From Lentisphaeria bacterium (GTDB lineage Bacteria > Verrucomicrobiota > Lentisphaeria > JABSQK01 > JAWLHB01), in assembly GCA_041690595.1 (NCBI GenBank), contig JAWLHB010000060.1, positions 1 through 40,772 on the forward strand: a stretch of 40,772 nucleotides of DNA, in the 5' to 3' direction. Shown in pieces: positions 17,671 to 26,589 of this stretch. The notes beneath the pieces are model-generated. The model was given only the letters and a program-made list of their open reading frames with translations. It ran no database searches and had not been told where the DNA came from. A program made the position numbers and the translations under genes. Position 1 is the first letter of the stretch, and every line of letters begins with the position of its first letter.

Positions 17671-19977
17671 TCAATACTTGCCAAACTCATCGTCATCCAG
17701 CGAGATGATATCCGACGGACGGACGACCTGATCGTCAGGCTCTGCCCTGACGTTGAGTCTGCGTCCTTCGACAAGGCCGGGAACTTGGCGTCGATCGTCA
17801 CCGCGGGAGATGCGGGGACCACGATGGGCGAGCTGGTTCTCGCGCAGGCGAAAGCGGGAGAGCATGTTACGCAGATCGGCGGCCTGGCTGGCCAGTTCCT
17901 CGGCCGCGGAAGCAGTCTCTTCGGCGCTCGCCATGTTCTGCTGCGTGACACCATCGATCTGGTGCAGCCCCGCATTGACCTGAGCAACGCCTTGAGCCTG
18001 CTCTTCCGAGGCGGCGGCGATCTCACTCACCAGGTCGGAGACTTTGGTGATGCTGGTGACGATATCCTCCAGAGCCTGCGCGCTCTGCTGGGCAATCTCC
18101 ATCCCATTGCCGACACGATCGGCGGAGCTTTCAACCAGCTCGGCGGTTTCACGCGCGGCCTTGGCACTGCGGCCCGCAAGGTTGCGAACCTCTTCCGCCA
18201 CAACCGCAAATCCCTTGCCATGGCGCCCGGCACGAGCGGCCTCGACCGCGGCATTGAGCGCCAGGAGATTCGTCTGGAAGGCAATATCGTCGATGACCTT
18301 GATGATCTTGCTGATGCGCGCGCTGGCGGTCTGAATCTCCTCCATCGCGTGAAGCATCTTCTGCATCTGCTTGTTGCCGCCTTCCGCGCAGGTGCGGGCG
18401 CCGTCGGAGAGCTGACTGGCCTGAGTGGCATTTTCGGCGTTAGACTTGGTCTGAGAGCCGATCTGGGTGGTGCTGCTGGTGATCTCCTGGAGTGAGGCGG
18501 CCTGTTCGGTGGCGCCTTGGGAGAGGGATTGGCTGGAGTCGGAGACCTGCCGCGAGCCGTTGGAAACAGCCTCGCCGACATCTTGAATGCGCGCCAGAAC
18601 GCTGGCGAGTTGGGCCGCCATGTTGCGGAGGGCTTTGCCGAAGATGTCGTGGTCAGAGGAGACGGGGATGTCGCGCGTGAGGTCACCGTCCGCCATGGCA
18701 TTGGCAATGGCGATGCGTGTCTGCTGCATCTCGATCATCTCGCGCAGGGCCGCGGCCATCTGCCCGACTTCGTCACTGCCCGAGACGGTGATACTGTGTG
18801 AAAAGTCGCCGTGGGCCATCTCCTTCACGAGGCGGGTCATGTTGGTGATCGGGCTGGCGATGGTTCGCGCAAGGATGAGGCCAAGCAGTACGGCGAGGAG
18901 GATGGTCACGAAAAGGGCGCCCAGCACCCAAGTGAAGGTGCGGTCGAAGGCAGCGTTGATCGAGGCGGCCGTTCCGCTGGTTTCCTGCACGCTGGAAAGG
19001 ACACCGACAACCCAATCCCACGGCGCAAACCAGACTCCGGAAGCAATCATCGGCTGCTCATTCTCTTCAGCACTCAGCCGCTGCACGCTCACAATACTTC
19101 CACCCGGTGTATTGAGCTGCTTGATCAGGCCCAGCTCCGCCCCAGTGAGCGAAGCGCCATGACCATAGGGACGTGGCGGCAACGCATCGTCCACGATACT
19201 CGCCTGGCGCTTGACGAAGAGAAAGCCGTCCGGCACGGCTATCTGGTGCAGGGCGGCTTCGATGACCTCCAGGCGGTCAGCGGCATCGATGGTGACTTCG
19301 AGCATGCCCTGGAGCTTGCCGTCGGCGCCATACAAGCCACGGATGGCCGCGAAGAAAGCCGTACCGCTGAGCAGGCGTCGCCCCACCCAGCTCTCCTGGG
19401 ACTCCTTGATTTGGCTCAGGATCTCCTGGTCGGCCGCGGCACTGGGGCCGCCATCACGCATCAGGACGCTGATGTGGCGCTGGCCGTCAACGTTCACGTG
19501 GGTAGTGGCGACGCGCAGCATATTACCTTCGAGCGTCGCCTGGTAGAGGGAGCAATCGGCGCCGGTCACCTCCCGTACGCGATCGACCAGGATGGCCGGG
19601 CGGTCGAAGTCGCGGAGGGGCTGGAGAACGATGTCGCCGATCCGCAGCCGGGGCAACGGGTACTGCTTCTCCTTGAGGACCCAGTCGGTCCATCCTCCAT
19701 CGGGGTCCTGGCGCAAGCCTCCGAGCGCCTCCAGTTCCTGCAGCGCCACCCGCAGCTTGATCCGCAATTCCTCTTCGATGGCAACATGTTCACTCGCGCA
19801 CAAAGACTGAACATTGCGAACGATCGATTCATTGAAATCGCGGGCATAGCTGGTCTGTGCTCCCTCGACCTCCTCGCTGAGGTTGCTCACCTGCACGACA
19901 ACGCAGGTCACGATCACCGCGGCTGAAAAAAGCACGCTTCCCACCAAGGCCACCATGATCTTTGCCCACAGTCTCAT
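17671..19977 (-). CDS. Methyl-accepting chemotaxis protein (Cache-type sensor, HAMP, MA domain)
   Basis: Two TM helices flank a Cache-like region (MLRVATT…WFAPWDWVVG); HAMP (DEVGQM); tip IAFQTNLLALNAAVEAARAG.HGKGFAVVAEEVR; C-terminal EFGKY. Confidence 0.96.
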   Translation of the reverse strand: MRLWAKIMVALVGSVLFSAAVIVTCVVVQVSNLSEEVEGAQTSYARDFNESIVRNVQSLCASEHVAIEEELRIKLRVALQELEALGGLRQDPDGGWTDWVLKEKQYPLPRLRIGDIVLQPLRDFDRPAILVDRVREVTGADCSLYQATLEGNMLRVATTHVNVDGQRHISVLMRDGGPSAAADQEILSQIKESQESWVGRRLLSGTAFFAAIRGLYGADGKLQGMLEVTIDAADRLEVIEAALHQIAVPDGFLFVKRQASIVDDALPPRPYGHGASLTGAELGLIKQLNTPGGSIVSVQRLSAEENEQPMIASGVWFAPWDWVVGVLSSVQETSGTAASINAAFDRTFTWVLGALFVTILLAVLLGLILARTIASPITNMTRLVKEMAHGDFSHSITVSGSDEVGQMAAALREMIEMQQTRIAIANAMADGDLTRDIPVSSDHDIFGKALRNMAAQLASVLARIQDVGEAVSNGSRQVSDSSQSLSQGATEQAASLQEITSSTTQIGSQTKSNAENATQASQLSDGARTCAEGGNKQMQKMLHAMEEIQTASARISKIIKVIDDIAFQTNLLALNAAVEAARAGRHGKGFAVVAEEVRNLAGRSAKAARETAELVESSADRVGNGMEIAQQSAQALEDIVTSITKVSDLVSEIAAASEEQAQGVAQVNAGLHQIDGVTQQNMASAEETASAAEELASQAADLRNMLSRFRLRENQLAHRGPRISRGDDRRQVPGLVEGRRLNVRAEPDDQVVRPSDIISLDDDEFGKY

Positions 19978-20519
19978 GCTTCGTCCCTTTTTGTTATGGC
20001 ATCCGGGCTCACCTGCGCCAGGTGCTCCACGTCGTCTCCAAAGACCAGTTCATCGGCGCTCAAGAGGAGCTTGACGCCGTCATCGGCCCGCCCTACCCCG
20101 TAAAGGCAGCGAGCGGTCGGTCCGCGCGACAAGCGCGGCGCCGGCGAGATCTCCGTCGGAAAGATCGTGACAACATCGTCCACCTGATCGACGATCAGCC
20201 CGATCGACATACCCCGCAATTCCGTGACGATGACGCAGGTGCGTTCATCATAGGGGCGTTCGGCCAGGTTGAAGCGGCGGTGCAGATCGATAACCGGCAG
20301 CACCTGCCCGCGCAGGTTGATCACCCCCCGTACATAAGCGGGCAGATCCGGCACTTCGGTGATGGGCTGCAGCACGACGATCTCGAGCACGTGGCGGATT
20401 TCAATGCCATAGGCATCGCTGTCGAGAGAAAAGGTGAGATAGCGATCGCTGAGAAGATCCTCGTCTTCCTCGTCGGGCTGGTCGGCATCTGGCCAGTAAT
20501 GTCGGTGTGGATCGTCCAT
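19974..20519 (-). CDS. cheW: Chemotaxis coupling protein CheW
   Basis: YLTFSL….YGIEI..V.EI, ITEVP..P.YV.GVINLRG.VLPVIDL and GLIVD.V motifs; ATGA overlap with the MCP. Confidence 0.95.
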   Translation of the reverse strand: MDDPHRHYWPDADQPDEEDEDLLSDRYLTFSLDSDAYGIEIRHVLEIVVLQPITEVPDLPAYVRGVINLRGQVLPVIDLHRRFNLAERPYDERTCVIVTELRGMSIGLIVDQVDDVVTIFPTEISPAPRLSRGPTARCLYGVGRADDGVKLLLSADELVFGDDVEHLAQVSPDAITKRDEA

Positions 20520-20554
20520 GACTGCAGCTCGTTCCGGGGTTGCCGTTGCGCTTC

Positions 20555-20583
20555 AATGTACAGCGCGGGAGCACCATCGTCTA
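20555..20583 (-). promoter_or_regulatory. Possible internal sigma70 promoter for cheW-mcp
   Basis: Minus strand TAGACG-N17-TACATT in the 89-bp Hpt-cheW gap. Confidence 0.3.
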
Positions 20584-20608
20584 CCCGTACGGAAGCATCG
20601 GCAAAGCG

Positions 20609-20920
20609 CTACTGGTAGTAGATCTGCACTTCAGTCAGGTAGCGATAGAGCTCGTTGATCCAGTAGAGGACATAGTCGCCGTTCTGCTCGCCGGCGGAGG
20701 CCTCGATCTCGCGGCCGATATCGGTGATCTCGTCGAAACCATAACCGCCGCCAATGCCCTTGAGCGTGTGGCCAATGCCGCGGATAGCCTCGAAGTCATT
20801 CGTTTCCAGGGCGCGGACGATCTTCTGAATGTCCTTGTGCCGATTGGCGAAGAAATCTGGGACCAGCTCTTCCAGTTCACTATCGACATAGGCGATGTAC
20901 TCGCGTGGCGTTTCAGACAT
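20609..20920 (-). CDS. Stand-alone histidine phosphotransfer (Hpt) protein
   Basis: DFEAIRGIGHTLKGIGGGYGF…IE Hpt motif (H-x-LKG); AGGAG RBS; 103 aa. Confidence 0.88.
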   Translation of the reverse strand: MSETPREYIAYVDSELEELVPDFFANRHKDIQKIVRALETNDFEAIRGIGHTLKGIGGGYGFDEITDIGREIEASAGEQNGDYVLYWINELYRYLTEVQIYYQ

Positions 20921-20937
20921 CGTGGTTACTCCTGTCG

Positions 20938-21690
20938 TTAAACATCTTCCGCCGACACGCTGGAGGAATTCGCGGCGGAATCGGTCTGGAAATACGCCGT
21001 AAACATTTCTTCGATCTCTTCCAGAGAGTCCGACTCGACGCTGATCGCGGTAATCGAAGCGAAACAATCCAGCTTGGTCAGTGCATTGAGGCTGGCGTCG
21101 CGGGTGGTCACCTGCGAGAGGCGGCGCGATATGTGTTCGTTGACGACGTTGATATCGTCATAGATCCTGACCAGATTCCGCAGTTGCCAGTCGGGCTGTC
21201 CGCCCCGGCGATTGACAAAGAACTGGGCGAGAAGATAAGTGCTGATGGCCCGGGCGATGGTCTCCTGCTTGGAGGCAAAGGGAAGATGGGTGTGCGCCAT
21301 CGGCCGCAGGCGGTCCAGATAGGGACAGCCGCTGGTCACCATGATGAGGCCGATCATCGAGCTGAGCCCCTGGGCGAGCGGAGCCCGATGCCCGTAGCTG
21401 CGGTTGTGCGTCCGGATCACAATCTCCACCTCGTCGGTAGCCACGCCATCTTTGAAGGTGTCCACCACCTCCACGAGGTTCGCGGCCAGCGGGCAGCGGG
21501 GACTGGACGCGGCATTCAGGGGGCAGTGCGGGCACTTCTCATGATCCAGCGCGGTCCACGCGGGCAAGTCGTCCTGCCGATGATTGGCCAGCGTGAGGCC
21601 GGGGGTGCTCAGCTCCAGATCGAACTGCAGGCATTCGCCATTGCTGAGGAAGAAGCGGTAGTGAATCTGTCTGGAATCCCGCGTCGGCAC
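20938..21690 (-). CDS. Cys-rich conserved hypothetical protein (DUF6901-like)
   Basis: PAWTAL…KCPHCPL…CPLA, QGLSSMIGLIMVTSGCP, PMAHTHLPFA and DASLNA…LDCF; GTG 21690 with GGAGAG RBS. Family assignment is from recall, not a search. Confidence 0.65.
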   Translation of the reverse strand: MPTRDSRQIHYRFFLSNGECLQFDLELSTPGLTLANHRQDDLPAWTALDHEKCPHCPLNAASSPRCPLAANLVEVVDTFKDGVATDEVEIVIRTHNRSYGHRAPLAQGLSSMIGLIMVTSGCPYLDRLRPMAHTHLPFASKQETIARAISTYLLAQFFVNRRGGQPDWQLRNLVRIYDDINVVNEHISRRLSQVTTRDASLNALTKLDCFASITAISVESDSLEEIEEMFTAYFQTDSAANSSSVSAEDV

Positions 21691-21703
21691 GGCACTCTCC
21701 ACG

Positions 21704-23785
21704 TCAGGCTTTGGACCGTTTGTACACGGCTCGCACACGCGCGGGCAATGTCTTGCGGTTGAAGGGCTTGCGGACAAAATCGTTGGCGCCTGTCTCCAGG
21801 CTGCTGATCTCCGCATCTTCCGTGGCATCGGCGGTCAGGACGATGACCGGAATGTGTGCCGTCTTCGGATTCTCACGGATCTTACGGCAAAGGGTGATGC
21901 CGTCACATTTGGGCATGTTCACGTCGGTGATAACCACATCGGGCGGGTTCGCGAAGATCATGCTCAGAGCGGCCTCGCCGTCCGAGGCGGCGTAGACACG
22001 CGCCTTGAGCGGACGAAGCGCCATCTCGATGAGGGTCTGGATCTCGGGGTCGTCATCGGCGATGAGGATCGTCTGCGGCGTGTCGCCATGGACATGCTCG
22101 ACGACGGAACGCGGGACGTGCCTGGCCATCTCTTCCAGGGTGGTGACGCCCTGCGCCACAAGCGTGAGGCCGGTCTCCCACATGGTCCGCATGCCGGATT
22201 TGCGCGCGGAGTCGAGGACTTCGTTGGTACTGGCGCCTTCGACGATCTGGGAGCGAATGTGGTCGTCGATCACCAGCAGCTCTGTCACCGCAATTCGGCC
22301 GCTGAAGCCGCTGTTGTAGCATTTCTCGCAACCAGCGCCGCGCGAGAGGGAGTATTGCACTTCCGTGCCGAGCACCGAGAGGGCGCGTTCTTCGTCCGGG
22401 CTGGGGACGACCTGGTAGGCGCATTCGCGGCAGATGCGGCGGGAGAGGCGCTGCGCCAGCACGGCGGAGAGAGAGGAGGCGATGTTATAGGGCTCGATGC
22501 CGATGTTGATCAGCCGGGTGATGGCGGAGACCGCATCGTTGGTATGGAGGGTCGAGAAGACCATGTGCCCCGTCTGCGCCGCCTGAATGCAGGTCTTGGC
22601 CGTCTCCGGGTCGCGGATCTCACCCACATAAACGACATCGGGATCCTGGCGCAGGATGGCACGCAGCGCTCCCGCGAAGGTCATCCCCTGCTTCTCGTTC
22701 ACGCCGATCTGGTTGACGCCCGGAATCTTGTACTCGATCGGATCTTCCACCGAGACGATGTTGGTCACTTCCGACTTGATGGAATTGATGATCGAGCAGA
22801 GCGTCGAACTCTTGCCGGATCCAGTCGGTCCGGTGACGATGGCAAAACCCTGCGGCGACTTGGCCAGCGCGACCAGACGCTGGGCGATGTCGGGCAACAA
22901 GCCGATCTCGGAGAGCTGGACGCTTCCTCGGTTCGGATAGAGGAAGCGGATCACGATCTTTTCCCCAAAGGGCGTGGGAATCGAAGAGACACGCAGGTCG
23001 CACTGCTGTTTCTTGGTCTTGACGGTGAGACTGCCGTCCTGCGGACGCCGCTTCTCGGCGATGTCCATCTTGGCGAGAATCTTCAGGCGGCCGATAACCG
23101 GGATACCGGTGGAGAATGGCAGCTCACATACGATGTGGAGTTCACCGTCGACGCGGTCGCGGATGTAGACCTTGTCGCGGCGAGGCTCGACGTGCATGTC
23201 GGAAGCGCTGCGATAAATGGCATTCTTGAGCAGTCGGTTGGCAATCTTGATGGCGGCATTTTCAGCCTCGATATCGTCGAACTGCAGGAAGTCCTCGGCC
23301 TGGTATTCCTCTTCCTCGTGGTGCTCTTCCTCGTGAGTGACCTCGAGATCGCCGGAGCCGAGATCGCCGCCGAGGATGTCATGCAGCGTCTCGATGATCT
23401 GGCGCCGTCGGGCCAGACGCTCGATCACCTGCCGGTCGGTGGCGAAGGCAATATCGTCGATGACGAAGATGTCACCCGGGCATGCGGTGGCGATTTCAAT
23501 GGTCTCGCTGTCGCAGGCGAGCGGGATGACCACGTGTTTCTTGAGGACCCACGGAAGCACAAGGCGAACGGCAAAGATGGAAGGGATCTTGATATTCAGG
23601 TCGACATACGGAATGTCGAGCATCTTGGAGACGTTGCCGTAGATCTGGTGCTCACTGGCGAAACCGAGCTTCTCCAGAGCCTCCTCGATGAAGAGGTCAG
23701 GATAGGTGGTCTCGGCCATCTCGAGCTGCACCTCGTCAACGACCTGGGAGTCCAGAATATACTGCCTGAATAGTTCTTCGTTCAT
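21704..23785 (-). CDS. PilB/GspE-family traffic ATPase with C-terminal response-regulator receiver domain
   Basis: ASDMHVEP, RVDG, DIAEKRRPQDG, Walker A GPTGSGKS, EDPIE, LRQDPDVVYVGEIRD, GHMVFSTLH, CxxC…CxxC; then REC: ILIADDD…VITDVNMP..DG…VLTA…FVRKPF. Confidence 0.93.
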   Translation of the reverse strand: MNEELFRQYILDSQVVDEVQLEMAETTYPDLFIEEALEKLGFASEHQIYGNVSKMLDIPYVDLNIKIPSIFAVRLVLPWVLKKHVVIPLACDSETIEIATACPGDIFVIDDIAFATDRQVIERLARRRQIIETLHDILGGDLGSGDLEVTHEEEHHEEEEYQAEDFLQFDDIEAENAAIKIANRLLKNAIYRSASDMHVEPRRDKVYIRDRVDGELHIVCELPFSTGIPVIGRLKILAKMDIAEKRRPQDGSLTVKTKKQQCDLRVSSIPTPFGEKIVIRFLYPNRGSVQLSEIGLLPDIAQRLVALAKSPQGFAIVTGPTGSGKSSTLCSIINSIKSEVTNIVSVEDPIEYKIPGVNQIGVNEKQGMTFAGALRAILRQDPDVVYVGEIRDPETAKTCIQAAQTGHMVFSTLHTNDAVSAITRLINIGIEPYNIASSLSAVLAQRLSRRICRECAYQVVPSPDEERALSVLGTEVQYSLSRGAGCEKCYNSGFSGRIAVTELLVIDDHIRSQIVEGASTNEVLDSARKSGMRTMWETGLTLVAQGVTTLEEMARHVPRSVVEHVHGDTPQTILIADDDPEIQTLIEMALRPLKARVYAASDGEAALSMIFANPPDVVITDVNMPKCDGITLCRKIRENPKTAHIPVIVLTADATEDAEISSLETGANDFVRKPFNRKTLPARVRAVYKRSKA

Positions 23786-23800
23786 AACAGCCGGCAAGCT

Positions 23801-24763
23801 CTACTTGCAGAAGTCTTTGGGGTCGAAGGGGTCTTTGCCGATGTACTGTCGGAAAGCCCCCCGGATGTAGCGCGCATTGTCTGGAGTGATACGCAGAAAG
23901 TGCTTGTCCACGAGTGCATCCAGATTTGCATCGTCCGGCACGGAATCCCGCCTATTATAGGTGCCCTTGGAAACGAAGGCAAGGTCAACTTCCCCACTCT
24001 CGACCATATCCAGATACTCCGTCAGCCGCGAGTCGATCGTGAAGACGGCAAGAAAGTAATTGCGGTCGCGTCGGCCAGGCTGAGTGCGAATCGCGCCGGG
24101 ATCGTAATTGGCCAGGCAGATCACCAGTTGCACCTCGCCCGCGGAGCGCAGAATGTCGCGCAGATCCTGAGCACGTAGTGAATGATCGGCCCCCTCCTTC
24201 GAGCGCTCCGAGACCAAGTCCACGCTCGCTCGCACCGCCTTGATCTCGAAATTGTTGGCGCGCGTGAGCACCTCACGCAAGGCAATGATTTCGCTTGGAT
24301 CCTTGATCTTCTCCTTCTCCGCGCCCTCGGCCCGTTCGCGCGCCGCCTCGGCACTCTGCAACTGGCGATAAAGCATCGGCGGCAGCACCAGCAGCACGGG
24401 AGTCCTCTTTTCCTTGAAAAGCTGGTTCGCCGTCAGCACTTCGCTCATGTGCCGTAAGGCGACATGCTCATAGCTGTTGGAACCGTCCGAGGAGGATGCT
24501 TCATGAAAGAAGATGAAATAGAAGACCAGAATGACCGTCAGGCCGATGGCGAGCGTCATGGGCAGCTTGGTCGGCGCCTGAGAGTAATCCCTCTCGCCAT
24601 GGTCGTCCTCATCCAGGGAAAGCACATCTTCCTGGTTCCCATGGCCGCCCACGCCACGCCCCTGGTGATACAACCGCTGTTGATGCTTCTTCAGCATCCA
24701 CTGATAGTGAATCAAGGTGCCGATCGTCGCCAGAATGGCGGCAATGATGATATAGATGAACAT
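23801..24763 (-). CDS. Hypothetical membrane protein (2 TM + soluble domain)
   Basis: AAGGAG RBS; TMs MFIYIIIAAILATIGTLI and LAIGLTVILVFYFIFF; C-terminus (…GEVDLAFV…FLRITPDN) loosely resembles type I periplasmic binding proteins. Confidence 0.7.
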   Translation of the reverse strand: MFIYIIIAAILATIGTLIHYQWMLKKHQQRLYHQGRGVGGHGNQEDVLSLDEDDHGERDYSQAPTKLPMTLAIGLTVILVFYFIFFHEASSSDGSNSYEHVALRHMSEVLTANQLFKEKRTPVLLVLPPMLYRQLQSAEAARERAEGAEKEKIKDPSEIIALREVLTRANNFEIKAVRASVDLVSERSKEGADHSLRAQDLRDILRSAGEVQLVICLANYDPGAIRTQPGRRDRNYFLAVFTIDSRLTEYLDMVESGEVDLAFVSKGTYNRRDSVPDDANLDALVDKHFLRITPDNARYIRGAFRQYIGKDPFDPKDFCK

Positions 24764-24986
24764 GACCCCACTCCTTCTCTCGCCAGCAACCAGCCAGCCC
24801 CCTGAACCGCCCGCGCTTACCCGTACAGCCTCGAAGCCACCAGTCTGCCAATTGAAAAACCGCACGGAAAGGTAATGCAAAGCGGCTCCAATACAAGTCA
24901 TGGAAATCTTCCGCTGCCAGACGGCGCTTGAAAAGGCCTGTCGATGATCGTATTCTTTCTCCATTGTACCTTCACCGCGGTTCCTT

Positions 24987-25709
24987 ATGCGCATCTCTCC
25001 AACTTCATCTCGCCATCACCCCTTCTCGCTGGTGGAACTGCTGCTCACCATGGCCGTGGTGTTGGTCCTCTTTGCCATCTCGATTCCCACCATTCGCGGC
25101 ACTCTCCGCGCCAACAAGGTAAATGTGGCTGCCAGCACCGTGGCCCAGGAGCTGCGTCTTGCCCGTGCCCGTGCCGTCACCAGCGGCCGCCACGTCGCCC
25201 TCCTCATACCGACCGCCGAGCACAGCGACGCCGGCGGCTTCAGCGCCCCCATGTACAAGGCCAGCGCCATTCGCGCTTGCTACCTCACCGGCTCGCCCAT
25301 CACCAGGACGGATGCCTACGGCTCATGGTACGAAGGCACTTTCGATAACTATATCGAGGGTACCAGCTGGACCTTTCTGCCAGCCGGCACCTACGTGGGT
25401 TACACCGAATCCTTCGGCCCCTTCAGCAAGCAGTCCGTCGAATACTCCCGGCGAAGCTGCAACGTCGTCAGCGGCGTGCTCTTTCCCAACGTCTCCAGTC
25501 CTCTGGCCCCGATCACCAATGTGCGCGCCATCGTCTTCACCCCCACGGGGACCATTCTGCCCGCGCCGAAGACCGGCTCTCACACTCGCTTCTGGGTCGT
25601 CGAAGGGGTCATCAAGTCCGGTACAGATGAGCTTCTCCACGATCCCTACAACTTCGTCGGTGCCGAAATCAATCGCTTCACCGGCAAGTTCCGCTTCGTC
25701 ACCGACTGA
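24987..25709 (+). CDS. Prepilin-type N-methylation domain protein (GspH/FimT-like pseudopilin)
   Basis: Short leader, then FSLVELLLTMAVVLVLFAISIP with E5; L..ARARAV, IVFTPTG and EINRFTG, typical of GspH/FimT. Confidence 0.85.
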   Translation: MRISPTSSRHHPFSLVELLLTMAVVLVLFAISIPTIRGTLRANKVNVAASTVAQELRLARARAVTSGRHVALLIPTAEHSDAGGFSAPMYKASAIRACYLTGSPITRTDAYGSWYEGTFDNYIEGTSWTFLPAGTYVGYTESFGPFSKQSVEYSRRSCNVVSGVLFPNVSSPLAPITNVRAIVFTPTGTILPAPKTGSHTRFWVVEGVIKSGTDELLHDPYNFVGAEINRFTGKFRFVTD

Positions 25710-25742
25710 GCCCTCCTCCCGCCCGGGTTGAGATAAAAATAC

Positions 25743-25783
25743 CAATAGTGGACCTTGACATCCACTATTGCATGGCGTAAGGT
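25743..25783 (+). promoter_or_regulatory. Sigma70 promoter of ric with perfect inverted-repeat operator around the -35
   Basis: TTGACA (25755-60)-N17-TAAGGT (25778-83); CAATAGTGGA-N8-TCCACTATTG (25743-25770). Confidence 0.65.
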
Positions 25784-25861
25784 AGATCTCATGAAAGCGG
25801 ACATCTGGATGCAGATTTCCAGATACCTGAAACAGAACGCCAGACAGGGAGCATCACCCAC

Positions 25862-26560
25862 ATGAGCACACTCGCCACTACGACCGTTGGGAATCTTGTA
25901 CGTCGCGCCCCGGCCCGCGCCAGAGTCTTCGAACAGTACGGCATCGACTACTGCTGCGGCGGCAAACAGCCGCTGGCGGACGCCTGCCGGGCGAAGGATC
26001 TGGCGCTGGAAGAGATCCTTGCCCAGTTGGAGCAGGTAGACGCGCAGGCATCCGGCACCGCCGATCCCGACAGCATGTCCATGACCGAGCTTTGCGACCA
26101 TATCGAGGCCACCCATCACCAGTGGCTGCGGCGGGAACTCCCCCGCCTCGACGGCCTGCTGGCGAAGGTGCAGCGGGCTCACGGTGATCGCCACGCCTGG
26201 CTGGCGCCCCTGCGGCAGACCTTCGATGCACTGGTCGACGAGCTGACGCCGCACATGGCCAAGGAGGAGCAGGTGCTCTTCCCGATGCTGCGGGCGATGG
26301 AAGCGGGTGACGCGCATGCCGGCTCGCATTGCGGCGGTATCCAGAACCCAATCAGCGTGATGGAGTTCGAACACGACAACGCCGGCAACGCGCTGGCCCG
26401 CATGCACGAACTCACCAACGGCTACGTGCCTCCGGCCGAAGCGTGCAACACCTTCCGGGCGTTGCTCTCCACCCTCGCGGAACTCGAACTGGATCTTCAC
26501 ACGCACATTCACAAAGAGAACAACATTCTCTTCCCGAAGGCCATCCAGGCCGCGGGCTGA
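25862..26560 (+). CDS. ric: Iron-sulfur cluster repair di-iron protein (Ric/YtfE/ScdA)
   Basis: VF..YGIDYCCGG, HIEATHH, HMAKEE.VLFP, PISVM..EH and LHTHIHKENNILFP motifs. Confidence 0.96.
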   Translation: MSTLATTTVGNLVRRAPARARVFEQYGIDYCCGGKQPLADACRAKDLALEEILAQLEQVDAQASGTADPDSMSMTELCDHIEATHHQWLRRELPRLDGLLAKVQRAHGDRHAWLAPLRQTFDALVDELTPHMAKEEQVLFPMLRAMEAGDAHAGSHCGGIQNPISVMEFEHDNAGNALARMHELTNGYVPPAEACNTFRALLSTLAELELDLHTHIHKENNILFPKAIQAAG

Positions 26561-26589
26561 CGAAGCGCTCACGCGTCATGCCGCCCCTG

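Noticed and set aside
21854..23773. 639-aa plus-strand ORF
   Set aside because: Antisense shadow of the PilB-REC gene.
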